From contig JAHLMP010000003.1 in assembly GCA_018920315.1 (NCBI GenBank), positions 43,472 to 107,471 on the forward strand: a DNA stretch of 64,000 bases. The letters are read 5' to 3'. Below are positions 62,575-64,000 of the stretch, piece after piece. This DNA is from Candidatus Aenigmatarchaeota archaeon. GTDB lineage: Archaea > Aenigmatarchaeota > Aenigmatarchaeia > GW2011-AR5 > JAHLMP01. The position numbers and the translations under genes were made by a program. Within the stretch, counting starts at the first letter, position 1. Every line of letters begins with the position of its first letter. The notes under the pieces are model-generated. The model searched no databases. It was not told where the DNA came from and was given only the letters and a program-made list of their open reading frames with translations.

Positions 62575-64000
62575 CTTTGTGCAAAGGCTCTAACCTTATG
62601 CCTTCATAGCCTTTTCTTTTACCAACAATCTGATAAACAAAGCTAGCATTACTATTTCCATTTCTCAATTCTTTAACTACAAAATACTCCTTTGTTTTTT
62701 CAGCAATGTAAACGCCATTACAATCATCTTCAAGGGTAATGAATACCATGTAATCTTCCTTATCACTTATCGCTTCAGCATAAATAGGATCTAAATAAAC
62801 TTTTGCAATACCATTTACAAGTTTGGCTTTTCCATAATCTTTAAACCAATGTTCAGTAGCTTCTTCTGAATAAAACAATACCTCTCCTTTAGATGTGTTA
62901 GCTGAAGAAGATTTGCTAGTCGCATAAAATGGTCCGTTAACATATAGCTTGTAGCTTCCTGGATTTGTCGTCCCGATGCCGACGTTGCCGTTTGAAGTTA
63001 TCGTCATATATTCAGTACTATCGTGATGCCATCTAAATCTTCCTTGGTAATTATCAATGATCCATTCTGTATAAGTGCCAGCTGGCGCTAACCTTATTTC
63101 CCCACCTTCATTTGTCGCGTCTTGTGCACGAACATTTAATCTGCCAGTCTCAGCTAAGAAAGAGTTAGCTACATCTAATTTAGCTTGCGGATTCATCGTC
63201 CCTATACCAACATTGCCTGAAGTATCGTTAACAAATAAAATTGTCGAGCCAGTAGAATTATCAACACGCAAAGAGCCATTAACATGCAATTTGGTTGTTG
63301 GGGAGGTTGTTCCTATGCCAACATTTCCCATCACATAACTATCTCCACTTCCCAAAATCCATAGATTTCCTGTTGCATTTATGCTTCCGTTTACATCAAG
63401 CACAAGATCACTTGGCTGCAATTCAAAAGGCGAAGAGGAAGCAACCAAAACGCGACCTTGGACCTCTAATTTCTCAGAAGGAGTTGTAGTTCCAATGCCA
63501 ACATTTCCATTCATAAAGCTAGCTGTCATGCTTCCATTTCCAACAACATGCAAAGTAACCTCTGGTGAAGCTGTTCCAATACCAACATTGCCAGTGTTTG
63601 TAATGAAAATTCTATCAACGTTATTTGTTCTTAAACTTAAGGCATAATTATCTAGAGTTCCAATAAATGCATTATCTCCTGCTTGAATTCCAATGTTTCC
63701 TGCAACTGTTAATTTTTGAGATGGAGAAGTGGTTCCAATGCCGACGTTGCCTGAAGTATCGTTAACAAAAAGAATTGCCGAGCCAGTAGAATTATCAACT
63801 CTTAAAGAGCCATTAACATGCAATTTGGTTGTTGGGGAAGTTGTTCCTATACCTATATTGCCATCTTCTGTTATTCTCATCCTTTCGATTATATCTCCAC
63901 CACTTGCTGGCTGGGTATAAAACACTATATATCCACCACGCTTATTATTAACATCGCTTCCTGTGTAAAATGTTATTTCTGCTATTCTATTTGCCGACTC
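62561..64000 (-). CDS. fibre-like surface protein with GNVGIGTTSP-x-x-KL-x-V repeats, N-terminus outside window
   Basis: The frame stays open from 63925 to the window edge (ESANRIAEITFYTGSDVNNKRGGYIVFYTQPASGG...). It has at least 8 GN(V/I)GIGT motifs and an internal ~36-aa duplication. It overlaps the start of the downstream giant gene by 14 nt. Confidence 0.8.
   Translation of the reverse strand, partial: ESANRIAEITFYTGSDVNNKRGGYIVFYTQPASGGDIIERMRITEDGNIGIGTTSPTTKLHVNGSLRVDNSTGSAILFVNDTSGNVGIGTTSPSQKLTVAGNIGIQAGDNAFIGTLDNYALSLRTNNVDRIFITNTGNVGIGTASPEVTLHVVGNGSMTASFMNGNVGIGTTTPSEKLEVQGRVLVASSSPFELQPSDLVLDVNGSINATGNLWILGSGDSYVMGNVGIGTTSPTTKLHVNGSLRVDNSTGSTILFVNDTSGNVGIGTMNPQAKLDVANSFLAETGRLNVRAQDATNEGGEIRLAPAGTYTEWIIDNYQGRFRWHHDSTEYMTITSNGNVGIGTTNPGSYKLYVNGPFYATSKSSSANTSKGEVLFYSEEATEHWFKDYGKAKLVNGIAKVYLDPIYAEAISDKEDYMVFITLEDDCNGVYIAEKTKEYFVVKELRNGNSNASFVYQIVGKRKGYEGIRLEPLHKDEKN

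Overview
AT-rich archaeal chromosome segment. The gene content suggests a small-genome, DPANN-like archaeon, but that is inference. No rRNA genes or CRISPR arrays were seen.

Core genes:
- Cell division: ftsZ, sepF.
- Replication: mcm, PCNA, an RPA-like OB-fold protein.
- Transcription and translation: tfs, rpoF, rpoP, L21e, L37ae, serS, tyrS, valS, pus10, a TtuA/Ncs6-type thiolase, dph5.
- Also proteasome alpha, prefoldin beta, a site-2 protease, and an rbcL-deoA-apgM operon (form III RuBisCO with AMP phosphorylase).

RNA genes: an SRP RNA and two multi-intron tRNA genes, Glu-CUC and Leu-UAG. Each tRNA carries a bulge-helix-bulge intron at T-loop position 59/60. The one in tRNA-Leu is 262 nt.

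A type IV pilus-like locus holds three DUF361-type pilins, a FlaI/PilB-like ATPase flanked by two FlaJ/PilC-like paralogues, extra prepilin-like ORFs and a signal peptidase I.

Three very large secreted surface proteins are present. One contains a 761-bp near-identical intragenic duplication and DUF2341-like modules split by an inserted jelly-roll-like domain.

The most unusual region is an accessory island at about 48.6-58.4 kb, directly downstream of mcm. It holds seven gene cassettes: four wHTH-nucleotidyltransferase + HEPN pairs, two DUF4143-type AAA ATPases, and decayed HEPN and RelE-like genes. Each cassette is bounded by the same co-oriented 60-160 nt repeat, and no recombinase is visible in the window.

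All functional calls come from reading the translated ORFs and recalling family motifs. No database search was run.
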